DNA of 64,000 nucleotides from Candidatus Eiseniibacteriota bacterium (GTDB lineage Bacteria > Eisenbacteria > RBG-16-71-46 > CAZAMP01), in contig OZ245046.1 in NCBI GenBank assembly GCA_965224245.1, forward strand, positions 256,001 to 320,000, read 5' to 3'. Positions 29,942 to 41,000 of the stretch are shown piece by piece; within the stretch, counting starts at the first letter, position 1; every line of letters begins with the position of its first letter. The translations under genes were made by a program, and so were the position numbers. Under the pieces are notes generated by a model, which made no database searches, had not been told where the DNA came from, and was given only the letters and a program-made list of their open reading frames with translations.

Positions 29942-30616
29942 ATGACCATCGGACTCGACAGTCGAGTCGGACAGATCGCCGCGGAGCATCCGTCCGCCAC
30001 GCGGGTCTTTGCCCGGCACCACATCGACTTCTGCTGTGGAGGCGGCAAGGCGCTGGGAGAGGTATGCGAGCAGAATGGCCTGGACGGCTCGGCGGTCCTG
30101 GCGGAGATCGAGCGTGAGCTCGCGTCGCCATCGCCCGGAGAGATCTCGTGGGAGGACGCTCCCCTCGACGAGCTGATCGAGCACATCCTCGTCACGTACC
30201 ACGCACCTCTTCGGGAAGAGCTGCCTCGCCTGGAGGGGATGGCGCGTAAGGTCGCCGACGTCCACCGGGACAAGCGACCCGACATGCTTCCCGAGCTGGT
30301 GGCGGTGTTCACCGGTCTCCGGGAAGAGCTCGAGCAGCACATGGAGAAGGAGGAGCAGATCCTGTTCCCGATGATCCGGCGAGGGGAGGGTGAGATGGCG
30401 ATGGGCCCGATCTCGGTCATGGAGCACGAGCACGAGAGCGCGGGACGGGCGCTCACCCGGTTGCGCGAGCTGACCGGAGACTATCGGGTGCCCGAGGAAG
30501 CCTGCACGACGTGGCGTGCATTGTGGCACGGACTCGAGACTCTCGAGAGCGCCATGCACCAGCACATTCACCTCGAGAACAACATCCTCTTTCCGCGTTC
30601 CCTCGGGGCTCGTTGA
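29942..30616 (+). CDS. ric: iron-sulfur cluster repair di-iron protein (Ric/YtfE/ScdA)
   Basis: IDFCCGG, HMEKEEQILFP, MEHEH, HIHLENNILFP. Confidence 0.95.
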   Translation: MTIGLDSRVGQIAAEHPSATRVFARHHIDFCCGGGKALGEVCEQNGLDGSAVLAEIERELASPSPGEISWEDAPLDELIEHILVTYHAPLREELPRLEGMARKVADVHRDKRPDMLPELVAVFTGLREELEQHMEKEEQILFPMIRRGEGEMAMGPISVMEHEHESAGRALTRLRELTGDYRVPEEACTTWRALWHGLETLESAMHQHIHLENNILFPRSLGAR

Positions 30617-30840
30617 GCGTCGGGCGAATCGGTACGTGACGGGGACCCGTCCGGGGCGCGAGCCCGCCGAGGCGGACAATGGCCATCATCCGCGCCGGCG
30701 CTCTGTCCCTCGGCGCGTCCCGACGTGCTGCGCCCAGGGTGTTGCAGCGGGGGTGATGGGCGAGGATACTGTCGTTCACCGCCGAGACGTGGCCACGATG
30801 CGGATCGGTGGCGTCAGTCGTGCCGGACCGGGAGTGAGCG

Positions 30841-31305
30841 ATGTTTCGACCTGCAGTGCTGATCATGCTTGTGCTCGTTCCGTTCACGAGCCTGGCCGGC
30901 GAGCCCACGGTCGCCGATCTGGGCTGGCTGGCGGGCTGCTGGTCGAGCGACGGGCGAGAGGCCGAGTCGGGTGAGCAGTGGATGGCGCCGGCCGGCGGGA
31001 CGATGCTAGGGGTCGCCCGCACCGTCCGCGACTCGAAGACGGTCGCCTACGAGTTCCTCCGCATCCAGGAGAAGGACGGGACCCTCGTCTACGTCGCCTC
31101 GCCGTCGGGTCAGAGCACGACGGAGTTCCCGCTGGAGCGCATCACCGAGGACGAGGTGGTCTTCGCGAACCCGGAGCACGACTTCCCGCAACGCATCGCG
31201 TACCGGCGTGCGTCGGACACGTCGCTGCTCGCTCGCATAGAAGGAACGGTGGACGGAGAGCTGCGTGGCATCGACTTTCCGATGACGCGAGTCGCGTGTC
31301 CGTAG
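30841..31305 (+). CDS. secreted DUF6265-like protein
   Basis: Signal peptide; DLGWLAGCW..EQWMAPAGGTMLG..FANPEHDFPQRIAY. Confidence 0.8.
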   Translation: MFRPAVLIMLVLVPFTSLAGEPTVADLGWLAGCWSSDGREAESGEQWMAPAGGTMLGVARTVRDSKTVAYEFLRIQEKDGTLVYVASPSGQSTTEFPLERITEDEVVFANPEHDFPQRIAYRRASDTSLLARIEGTVDGELRGIDFPMTRVACP

Positions 31306-31438
31306 GTCGGCGCAGGATCTGAGCCGGGGCGGAGCGTTGGCGACGTCGTCACGGGGTGCGCGGCGTGGCAGGAACGGGCATGCGGGGAGAGCCGGGATGC
31401 CGACTCCCGCCACGTGCCGATGAGCTCGCGCGGTCGAG

Positions 31439-32578
31439 CTACGGCAACTCGATCCGCTCGACGGTCCCGCCTCCGGCGCATACGCTGCAGTTGCTGACAT
31501 AGGCGGCCCCATCCGGGCCGACGGCCACGCCACCCGGCATGATCAGCCCCTCGGACGCGAGGACGTCGCGACCGCCGTCGTGAACGCGCACGAGAGCGCC
31601 GGCCGGGTCCCCGCTCAGAAGCGAGTGGGTGGCGATCTCGAGCACGAGCAGCGAGCCGTCCGGAGCGAACGCGATCCCGATCACGTTCGTGAAGCCGTCG
31701 GCATACACAGACACCGATCCCGACTCGTCGACGCGATAAACGCGGGCCCCGCCCACCGGGAACGGGAAGCCCGTCAGCTCGCCGACGTAGCAGGCGCCGT
31801 CGGGTCCGATCGCGACGGACGTGGGCACCGACTGCATCGGAATCGTCCCTTCGCCGAAGTCGGGCGGCAGCGGGACCAGGCGGGATGGAAACACCGCGAG
31901 CGTCGTCGTGTACCCGCTGGGGCTCACCGCCACCAGCGCGTTCCCACCGGCGTCGGTCACCAGCCGGTCGCTCGCTCTGGCCACGAGCCCGAAGGGGTTG
32001 CTGTCCAAGTCCCCGCCGTCGGGGTTGTCGCTGGCCTCGTGAGCGGAGACGTCGGCGACGCTCCGCCACTCGCCGCCCGCCGAGACCTTCACGAGCGTTC
32101 CCAGTGCTGGCGCCAGGCCGGCGAGCTGGCTCGCGTCGTCGCGTGCCGCCGGATCCTGCCCGAGTCCGACCGCGACCAGGAGGTTGCCGCGCCCCTGGAC
32201 CGAGATGCCGTGAGGGCCGCCGGCACCACCGCCGTCCGGCCCGGCGAGGGACGGAAGCCCCGCGGCCACACGAGTCTGATGGCCGCGCCAGACGCGGGTG
32301 ACGGCTCCGGTGAAGCCGAGGCAAACGTCACCTTCCGCGCCCGGGATGCACGGTCCTTCGCCGCCTCGACCCGCCTCGGCGACGTACAGCGCGCCCTCGG
32401 GACCGAACGCGATGCCGCGAGGGTTGTCGAGTCCAGCCGCGACCGTGGTCATCGCGGCCGGCGAGCCGAGTCGATCCGATGGCGCCGGGTCGTCCTGAGG
32501 ATTCGTCGTCGTCTGCTCGCACCCCACCACCACCAGGATGGACAGAGCGAGAATCGGCACTGCGAGATGTCTTCTCAT
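31439..32578 (-). CDS. ScyD/ScyE family beta-propeller lipoprotein
   Basis: Lipobox VVGC; GLDNPRGIAFGPEGALYVAEAG; DSNPFGL; QSVPTSVAIGPDGACYVGELTGFPF. Confidence 0.85.
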   Translation of the reverse strand: MRRHLAVPILALSILVVVGCEQTTTNPQDDPAPSDRLGSPAAMTTVAAGLDNPRGIAFGPEGALYVAEAGRGGEGPCIPGAEGDVCLGFTGAVTRVWRGHQTRVAAGLPSLAGPDGGGAGGPHGISVQGRGNLLVAVGLGQDPAARDDASQLAGLAPALGTLVKVSAGGEWRSVADVSAHEASDNPDGGDLDSNPFGLVARASDRLVTDAGGNALVAVSPSGYTTTLAVFPSRLVPLPPDFGEGTIPMQSVPTSVAIGPDGACYVGELTGFPFPVGGARVYRVDESGSVSVYADGFTNVIGIAFAPDGSLLVLEIATHSLLSGDPAGALVRVHDGGRDVLASEGLIMPGGVAVGPDGAAYVSNCSVCAGGGTVERIELP

Positions 32579-32794
32579 CGGTTGCTCCTGCGTGAAGTGC
32601 TCTGGGAATGGCCCTCGGGTTGGGTGAGGTTCGGAACCGGCTGCTCCTGCCGACCGAGGCGGCGGCCGCCGAGAGTAGCGCCGCGCGGCGGGAATCATAG
32701 ACTAGGTTTCGTACCGAGGATAGTCCATGAGTGAGCGGGGCGCGGGAGCGCACTGGGCGCTCACCACGTCGCTTCACGACCCGGGTGGTGATCC

Positions 32795-33857
32795 TCTGTC
32801 CGGCCACGGAGTCTCCGTTCGCCGGCATCATCCCGCACTCCGAGACCGGCGATCTGGCGCCGGTCGGACCCTCGTTCAGCACCGGGTGGAACGTCACCTG
32901 TCCGGCGCCGGGGTTTCATGCGTACGAGCCGCACATCTTGCCCGCGATCTTCCCGCTGGCGTTTCAGGACACCTTCCGGAACGACCTCGGCTTCTTGAAC
33001 TTCACCGTCCCGGTCCTGTTCAACCTGCCGCCGCTCGACTTCCTGAGCCGGATCGCCGCGTACCCGTTCCGGCTCGCGGTGAGCCGGCGCGATCCGATCT
33101 ACTATCCGAAGGACGCTGTGCCCTTCCGGTTCGTCGGTCTCTCGACGGGGATCTCGTGGCAGACGCTCGACGAGAACTTCAGCTCGCTGGCCTACACGCC
33201 GGGGCAGTACGATCAGTTCTTCGACAGCGTGCTCTTTCACCTCATCGACGCCGGCTTCGACAGCACCACGACCGCCGTCTCCGGCGAGTACGTGTTAGAG
33301 AACTTCTCGCGACCGTTTTATCAGGTCTCCTTCTACATCGGGGAACACCTGAGCAGCGAGAGCATGGTCCGCAATGCCGGGCGCAGTTCGGTGTCGACGT
33401 CGAGTTCAGCAACATCGCGCCCCACAGGTACCGGGCCGACGTGAACCTGTGGGAGCTTGCGGGGAGCCTCCGCTACAGCGTGAGAGCCGATGCGATCCAG
33501 CCGTTCGTGAAGGCGGGATACGGCTGGAGCTGGTGTCGGCTCGAGGACGTCCAGGCCAACGGCGTTCCGTTCGACCCGTCGACGACCGACTGGATCACGC
33601 CGGGGATCTGGCCCAATACCTGGCACATCGGTGCCGGATTCGAGATCGTTCCGTTCCGGCGGATCGGCAAGCTCCCGCGGGGTGCCGAGCTGGCGATCCG
33701 GTTCGAGTATTCCCGCTACTACCAGGGGCTCGGACTGGATCTGTCGGACGTGTCGCCGGAGACGCTCTCCACGATCTTCCAGACCCTCGACGACGTGCCG
33801 ATCGACGAGCGGGTGACCCGGGACGATCTCACCATCGGTCTCACGGTCTCGTTCTGA
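32795..33857 (+). pseudogene. 5'-truncated, frameshifted outer-membrane-type protein
   Basis: Frame of ORF 32731-33444 is protein-like up to SESMVRNA, then continues in the frame of ORF 32727-33857 (QFGVDVEFS..QPFVKAGYGWSW..IGLTVSF); one base missing near 33378; no signal peptide or clear start. Confidence 0.6.
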
Positions 33858-34225
33858 TCGGTCGCGATCGGATCAATGGCTGGACCCGATCCCCTCGTGC
33901 GGTTCCCGGTGGCGTGACGGCGCCCTCTCCGGCGTGACGACCGGCCTCGGCGCCACCTTGGCGCTCGGGCGATCGACAGCCTGACGAGGTCCGCCAGCGA
34001 TGCCCGGATGTCCGGATCGGCCGCTCCGTCGGGTTCACGCCGTGCCGATCGACGACCTCGGCTGATGGGTTTCGCCGCCGGACTGCGGTTTCTCCATCGA
34101 CCGGGGCCTGGGGCCCGGGTCTCGTCATGTTGCCCCGCGAGATTCCCGTCGCTCCGCCCGCGCGCCCGCCGGCGGGGTCGAGTGTGGGCGGCCATGCTCA
34201 TGATCGCCAAAAGCGAGGACAGGAC

Positions 34226-34708
34226 ATGCCGAGACGCGTGATGTATGGATGGGTGATGGTGCTGGCGGCTCTCGCCGCCATTCGCACGATCGCCGCGAGC
34301 GGTGCCCAGTCGACGCCACACCTCGAGGAGATCACCGCCGCGCAGATCGCCGACCCCGAGGCGCCCGACCTGTCGCCGGCTCACTCGCAGCGACGAACTC
34401 CTGGTCGACTGGAAGCCGTCATGGCCGGCGCGGGTCCGGAGACCGGGGTCGTGTTCACCGACGCCCGACATGGTCTGGAGCCGCTGCCACTGAACGATCT
34501 CGAGGTCGCGAAGCTGGCCATGGCCCGGGCCGCGGTCGAGGCGGCGGACAGAGCCGGCACACGGTCGGTGCGGCCGCCCCGGCGACCGCGCTCGAGGATC
34601 GATGGCCACGTGGAGGCGGACAAGCTGGAGCGCCGTCGCACGATGACCCCGCGAGAGACGAGAAACAGACCGGGCGTTCCCGATGAAGCCTGGGAGGTGG
34701 CCCGATGA
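34226..34708 (+). CDS. hypothetical secreted protein
   Basis: RBS GAGGA; signal-peptide-like N-terminus; ATGA overlap with the next gene. Confidence 0.55.
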   Translation: MPRRVMYGWVMVLAALAAIRTIAASGAQSTPHLEEITAAQIADPEAPDLSPAHSQRRTPGRLEAVMAGAGPETGVVFTDARHGLEPLPLNDLEVAKLAMARAAVEAADRAGTRSVRPPRRPRSRIDGHVEADKLERRRTMTPRETRNRPGVPDEAWEVAR

Positions 34709-37700
34709 GACCGCTGACTCTGGTGTCGTTGGTGATGCTGTGCGCGGCGGATCTGGGCGTTTCGCTCGCGCAGGAGTATCCGGAGCCGCAGCTCGGTTGC
34801 TTCAGCTGCACCCTCCGGGAGGCGGGACAGGCACGACCCGAGCCGGGCGACGTCGACCGAACGGACTGCGTCGTGTCGAGCGACGCGACGAGCCTGGACG
34901 CGCGCAGGGCGGGATACGTCGACCTCGATACGGCCCATTATGCCCGCGGATCGGTGCTGAACGTCATCGTCTTCGTCAACCACGGAGATGCGGAGGCTCA
35001 GTACGTCTGGGATGCGGCCGAGCGAGAGGAGGCCGGCTGCAAGGCGGCGGAGGCAAAGCGATTCTATCTCGAGCACATGCCGCCGATCGGCTTCATCACG
35101 TTCGACAACGAGAATGAGGACTGCTTCTTCTACTACGAGGTCACGCTGCCGTACGACATCAACGATCTGGCCGGCGCCGAGGGGTTCGAGAAGTGGATGG
35201 TCACCGATGCGGCCGAGGCATTGGGTTTCATCAACCAGGGCACCGACGGGTCGGTGATCGACGACATGACCATCTGGCTCCAGGACTGGGGTGGTGGATG
35301 GGACAACGTGATCGTCAGCTTCATGCCCGCCGACTACAACTTCCGCGCGCGGGCATCCACGTCGGCGGCCTACATCCGGATCGATCAGTACGAGGAGTGG
35401 GGCGTGTGGGCCCACGAGTGGGGCCACGTCTTCGGTGCCTGCGACGAGTACAGCGACTGGAACGACGACGTGGGAGCCCTCACGTGTGACGACGACATCA
35501 ACTGCAACGACGTCTGCCAGGGTGGGTACCTGATCGTCGACGACGCCGACATCTTCAACGGCAACTGCGACCTCTGCGAGGGGAGCACGGAATGCATCAT
35601 GCGCTCCGGTCGCACCGAGTACGACCATCCCCCGTGCATGTACACGTATCAGAACTGGGCGTGGGTGGACGAGAACGGTAACGATCTGCTCGACAAGACG
35701 AGAGGCTGGGATCCCTTTGCGGGAGCGGTGTACGAGATATTCGAGCTCGCCCACAACGAGGCGAAGATCAACACGGACACCGACCGGGGATACGTGGCCA
35801 ACCAGCGCTGGACGAGCTGGAGCACGATCGCGGTGCGATCGGGGGCCGGCGCCGACCATTCGATCGCGATCTACGGTGAGAACAACCGCAACCACAATCT
35901 CGCCTGGTCCGTCGGTCACGCCGGGATCGAGTTCGTGGTCGGCGACTTCAACCACAACAACCGCGGGCAGGATCACGTGATGCTGGTCGGGCACGGCGAA
36001 TACGAGCTCCTGTACGAGGCCGGCAACCAGATGCTGTTTCCCGACGGCGTCGAACGGAACAGGACATGGAACGCCGACGACGTGGTTCGGACCTACGACG
36101 TGCCGCTGTTCAAGGACGAGTACATCGTGTTCATCCTCGAGAACAACACACCCGGACTCGATCTCGGGATGGCTCTGTTCGGCTCCAACGGTGATACCTA
36201 CTACGCGGGACGCGCCAGTGCGCTGTGGGAGGCCGACGCGAACGGAGCCGGTCTCAGCGAGTTCGAGGGGCTCTCGGTTCCCCGGGACGACGTGTACGGA
36301 CTGGTCGTCTGGTCGAACACTCCCGCAGGCGGCGACTTCTCGATCACGGTCGGACCGTCGATCCGGACGCTGGACGAGAAGGACCCGACCGCGTCCGAGG
36401 ATCTGGCGCTCTACGAGTTCACGCCGTCAGCGGGCTACTGGGCCGTGATGGCGGCCCGTCCCGGTGAGAGCTCCAACCTCAAGCTGAGCCTCTTCGAGGA
36501 ATCGACGTTCGAGACCAGGCTCGCCACGTCGGGTGCTTATCCGAACGTCGAGTTCATCGCGGCCGACTACGGCGGTGGGGCCTCCACCGACTACCTTCGC
36601 GTTTTGCGACAGAGCGGGACCTCGTTCGCGTGGACCGAGTGGGAGCAAGGCGACGAGATTCTGGGCGGTTGGTACAACGACACGTGGTCGGCGGGAGACA
36701 TCTGCCGGGTGTGGGACGCCCACCTTCGGGGCGGCGAGACGTACCGCTTCCAGCAGTACGGCGACGTGTTCTCGCCGGTGAACGTCGGAATCTACGTGCT
36801 CAGCTCCGCCGATGGCGACCCGTACAAGCAACGGAGCGCGGCCGAAGCGGGGAGCAATGGAACGTCGGCTCTCGGAGAGTGGTTCACGTTCACCGCTCCC
36901 ACCGACGACTGGTACGGCGCCGTCATGATCGGCAACGACGAGTCCTCTGGCTGGTACGACATGGGGGTCGGCCCCCAGGTCTCGCTGGTCGAGCAGGCGC
37001 CCTACGAGGCACCCGACGAGATCATCTGGATCGACGCTACCACGGTGGCCGCGTCGTGGGCGTCCCTCGGAGTCCGGGCCGGCGCGGGCGCGGAGTCGAG
37101 CCTGACCTTGTGGACGTGCGAGAACTGCGATCTGTTGTGCTTCGAGGAACTCGAGACCGAGGACGTCGGCCCGCGCTACATCGTGATCGACGCCAACCAC
37201 GAGCCGGCAGCCACGTACTTTGCGCGTGCCGATCGTCGGGTGGGGACGGCAGCCCAGGCCGTGTCGTTCGATGTCGCCTCGCCCAGTGACATCGTCCTGA
37301 GCGATCCGACCGAGATCGAGACGACCGATGGCAGCTTCTCGGTGGGCGAGGTGGTTCAGATCTGGGACCTCGACCTCATGGTGGCGCCGCTGAGCGTGGC
37401 GATCGAGGTGGAGCCGCTCGATCCGTCGCTCGACGTCGGAGTGGCGCTGTTCGGGTCGGCCGGCGGGTCGACCGTTCAGAGCTCGGACGGAGCCATCGAA
37501 TCGGCCGACCGACTCGGCCCGGGCGGCACGGAGGTGATCTCGTTCTCACAGGCGAACGACGTGTACGGCGTGGTCATCACCAATCAGAACGGGGCGCCGG
37601 GTGCCTATCGCATCCGCGTCGGCGATGCGGATATCATAGACGTCGCGAGCGTCGAGCTTCCGTGGACCCTCGGCTTTCGCCTGGTCGACGCGTCGGCGCG

Positions 37701-37929
37701 CCGGTTCGTGGTGGATCTTCCGGAAGCGATGAAGGTATCGCTGGACGTGTTCGACGTTCGTGGACGCCGGGTCCGCACTCTGGTCGACGAGGATCTCGGT
37801 GCGGGGCGCCATGCCGTCGCATGGGATGGAGCGGCCCGCGATGGCTCACGCATCGGTGCCGGCGTCTACTTCGCGCGGCTGACCGCCGCCGAAGACGTGC
37901 TCACGCTAAAGGTCTGCTTGCCGAGATGA
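34705..37929 (+). CDS. secreted zinc metallopeptidase with repeated beta-sandwich domains and C-terminal sorting domain
   Basis: HEWGHVFGACDEY zinc motif, CIM Met-turn; C-terminus FDVRGRRVRTL..WDG..GVYFARL. Confidence 0.85.
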   Translation: MRPLTLVSLVMLCAADLGVSLAQEYPEPQLGCFSCTLREAGQARPEPGDVDRTDCVVSSDATSLDARRAGYVDLDTAHYARGSVLNVIVFVNHGDAEAQYVWDAAEREEAGCKAAEAKRFYLEHMPPIGFITFDNENEDCFFYYEVTLPYDINDLAGAEGFEKWMVTDAAEALGFINQGTDGSVIDDMTIWLQDWGGGWDNVIVSFMPADYNFRARASTSAAYIRIDQYEEWGVWAHEWGHVFGACDEYSDWNDDVGALTCDDDINCNDVCQGGYLIVDDADIFNGNCDLCEGSTECIMRSGRTEYDHPPCMYTYQNWAWVDENGNDLLDKTRGWDPFAGAVYEIFELAHNEAKINTDTDRGYVANQRWTSWSTIAVRSGAGADHSIAIYGENNRNHNLAWSVGHAGIEFVVGDFNHNNRGQDHVMLVGHGEYELLYEAGNQMLFPDGVERNRTWNADDVVRTYDVPLFKDEYIVFILENNTPGLDLGMALFGSNGDTYYAGRASALWEADANGAGLSEFEGLSVPRDDVYGLVVWSNTPAGGDFSITVGPSIRTLDEKDPTASEDLALYEFTPSAGYWAVMAARPGESSNLKLSLFEESTFETRLATSGAYPNVEFIAADYGGGASTDYLRVLRQSGTSFAWTEWEQGDEILGGWYNDTWSAGDICRVWDAHLRGGETYRFQQYGDVFSPVNVGIYVLSSADGDPYKQRSAAEAGSNGTSALGEWFTFTAPTDDWYGAVMIGNDESSGWYDMGVGPQVSLVEQAPYEAPDEIIWIDATTVAASWASLGVRAGAGAESSLTLWTCENCDLLCFEELETEDVGPRYIVIDANHEPAATYFARADRRVGTAAQAVSFDVASPSDIVLSDPTEIETTDGSFSVGEVVQIWDLDLMVAPLSVAIEVEPLDPSLDVGVALFGSAGGSTVQSSDGAIESADRLGPGGTEVISFSQANDVYGVVITNQNGAPGAYRIRVGDADIIDVASVELPWTLGFRLVDASARRFVVDLPEAMKVSLDVFDVRGRRVRTLVDEDLGAGRHAVAWDGAARDGSRIGAGVYFARLTAAEDVLTLKVCLPR

Positions 37930-38041
37930 GGTCACGTGCCCGGGTCGCGTCGTTCGACCCGGGCACTCGTCTCGTCGAGGGGAAGGGCTCGCCGACGGGG
38001 AAGGAAACGAGCCGTCGTCGCCGGCCACCTACCGCACGACG

Positions 38042-41000
38042 TCAGTCGTCGCGTTCGCTCTCGTGATCGCGACGTACCTCGTCGATTTGGTGGGCGAGCG
38101 CGGAGTCGGGCGAGACGTCGAGTCGCTCCGCGATCGCCTCGGCCTCCGTGAGTGCGTCGCGTGCGCGGGTGGGATCCCCGTACTTCCGCTCGAGCCGACT
38201 GAGCGTGCAGAGCACCAGCGCGACCTCGAGATCGATCCCGACGTCCCGGAGGATGCGAAGGCCCTCGTCGACGCAGCGACCGGCCTCTCTCGCGCGTCCG
38301 AGTGCCAGGTGAATGGCACCGAGGCTTCCCAGGGTGATACCGACCTCGGGATCGTTACCAACCTCGCGATGGCGGGCGAGTGCTTCCTCGTAGCACGCGA
38401 CCGCATCGTCGAAGCACTGCCGGTCCCGATGGATGTCGCCGAGCCCGGCCAGAGCCGTGGCCTCGGCGCCGCGGTCGCCCAGTTCCCGGTGGATGGCCAG
38501 CGCCCGCTCGTAGCAGACGCGGGACTCGTCCCCTCGACCCAGCTGGCGTAGCAGGCCACCCAGGTTGATCAGCGCGATCGCCTCGTTGCGCCGATCGCGA
38601 GTCTCACGGTAGATGGCCAGGGCCGACTCGTAGCATTCACGTGCCGCGTGGAGATTGCCTTGCTCGCTTTCCAGGTTTCCGAGATTCACCAGAACGACGC
38701 CTTCGTCGTGCGGGTTGCCGACCTCGCGATGCACGGCGAGGGCACGTTCGTAGTGGTCGCGCGCTTCGTCCGGGAGTCCTTGCAGTCGGAGCGCGGTTCC
38801 CAGATTGCCCAGGTCCATCCCCTCCCGTGGCCGGTTGCCGACCTCGCGATCGATGCTGAGCGCGCGCTCGAAGTAGCGTCGCGATTCCCCCAATGCGCCC
38901 CTCTGCGCCAGGAAGACGCCGAGGTTCCCCAGCACCGTTCCCTCGCCGCGCCGGTCACCGATCTGGCGGTGCACGTCGAGCGCGGCCTCGTAGCTGCGGC
39001 GTGCCTCGTCGGTCTCCCCATGCTTGGCGTGAAAGCCGCCCAGGTGGTCGAGCACCAGTCCCTCACCGAGCCGGTTGCCGACGCTCCGGTGGCTCGCGAG
39101 CGCCGCCTCGAACGCCTCGCGCGCTTCCTCGCTGCGGCCCTGACGGTGATGGAGGTTTCCGAGGTTCACGAGCGCGACCCCCTCGCTCCGGCCGTTGCCG
39201 ACCTCACGGTGAATCGCCAGCGCTGCCTCGAGGTGCTTCCGTGCGGACTCCATCCGACCGAGCTCCAGGTGAACGAGGCCCAGATTGCCCAGCACGATGC
39301 CCTCCTCGCGCCGGTTGGAGACCTCGCGATGAATCTGGATCGAGAGCTCGAGCAGCTCCTCGGTCTCCTCGAAGCGCCCCTCGCGCCCGAGGACACCGGC
39401 CAGGTTGCCGACCGCCGTACCTTCGGCGCGCCGGTCGCCGAGCTCACGATGAAGGGCGATTGCCGCCTCGTAGTGTCCGCGCGCCTCATCGAGCTCACCC
39501 GACGACCGCTCCGCGGACGCGAGTGCGCCGTAGACACGCGCACGCCGGTGTGGATCATCGAGCGGCTCCAGAACCTCTCTGCCGAGCTCCACCGAGAGCG
39601 CGAACGGGCCACGCAGATCGAGCACGGCGTTGGCGGCGAGGTACGTGTCCGCCGCGACTTCTGCGTCGCCGCGGTCCAGCGCGCGCCGGCAGCCGGCGAC
39701 GAAGTTGTCCAGCTCGATCAGAAAGGCGGCCCACGTCGATTCGCCCTCGCGGCGATCGAGGCCCTCGATCGAGGAGGAAGAGCCCATCGCCGCGAAGTAC
39801 GCTCCGTGGCGGGCCTCGACGGCGGCACGGTCCTCGCCCGGCGCGCCGCGTCCGGTGATCCCGGCCACGTCGCCGGTGGGCGAGCGCTCCGCGAGCCGCT
39901 CCGAGGCGTACTCGTGTATCGTGGCGTACATGTCGAAACGGGGCACGCCGCCCGCGACGCTGGTGCGGAGCCAGCTTCCGTCCACGAGCGACTGGATCAC
40001 GTCCAGCACCGGCGGTGCGGACTCGTGGGCGCCGAGGTCGAGCACCGCTTCCGCCGCGGGCAGCGTGAATCCGCCGTCGAACACCGAGAGCTGTGCGACC
40101 GCCGATCGTTCCCACGACCGAAGAAACTCCCAGGACCAGTCCAGCGACGTCTCGAACGTGGCGTGGCGTCCGTGAGGCCCACCGGTCAAGATGCCAAGTC
40201 GATCCTCGAGTCGGTCATGCAGCTCGTCCAGGCTCAGCACCCGCAGTCGAGAGGCCGCCAGCTCGATGGCCAGGGGCAGACCATCGAGCTTCCGAACGAT
40301 CGTCTCCACACGCGTGCGGGCTGCACCCAGTGCGAAGCCCGGGCGCTGCTCACGTGCGCGCACCGCGAACAGCTCGGCGCCCGCGCCCTCCGGCTCCAGT
40401 GGATCGAGCGGGAGGTCGATCTCCTCCTCGAGCTGGAGGCGCCGGCGACTCGTCGCGAGAAAGCGCGTCTCGCCGCCCATCTCGAGCCAGCGACCGAGCG
40501 TCGCATCCGCCTCGCCGACGACGTGCTCGAAGTTGTCGAGGATGACGAGGCTCCGGCGGCGCTCCCGGAGCACGTGTCCCAGCTGGACGATCGGATCACC
40601 CCTCGCGATCGGGACGTCCAGGGTGACCGCGAGCGCGTGGGCGATCGCGCCGGCGGACCGCGCATCGCTGAGGTCGCAGAACCATGCTCCGCCGGGCCAG
40701 CGCGCGAGGCTCTCCCACGCGTAGCGCAGCGCCAGGCGCGTCTTCCCTGCTCCTCCCGGTCCCCGCAACGTCACGAGGCGACGGTGGTCCGTGTGGGTGG
40801 CCTCCGGCTCGAGCCGCCCGTGTAGGGTCTCGAGCTCGGTCGTGCGCCCGACGAACGGATCTCTCTCGGGTGGCAGCTCGAACGGAACTCGCTCTCCGAG
40901 CTCCGTCCGCCCGTCGAGCGCCTGGATGACCTCGCGCGCCGTCGAGAATCGCTCGCCCGGATCCTTCGAGATGAGCTTCAGAATCGTGTGCTCCCACGTC

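Noticed and set aside
29936-29944. TetR TGA is in frame with the ric ATG (possible read-through fusion)
   Set aside because: ric has its own RBS (AAGGAG), the TGA is not at a Cys-like motif, and I saw no SECIS-like hairpin.
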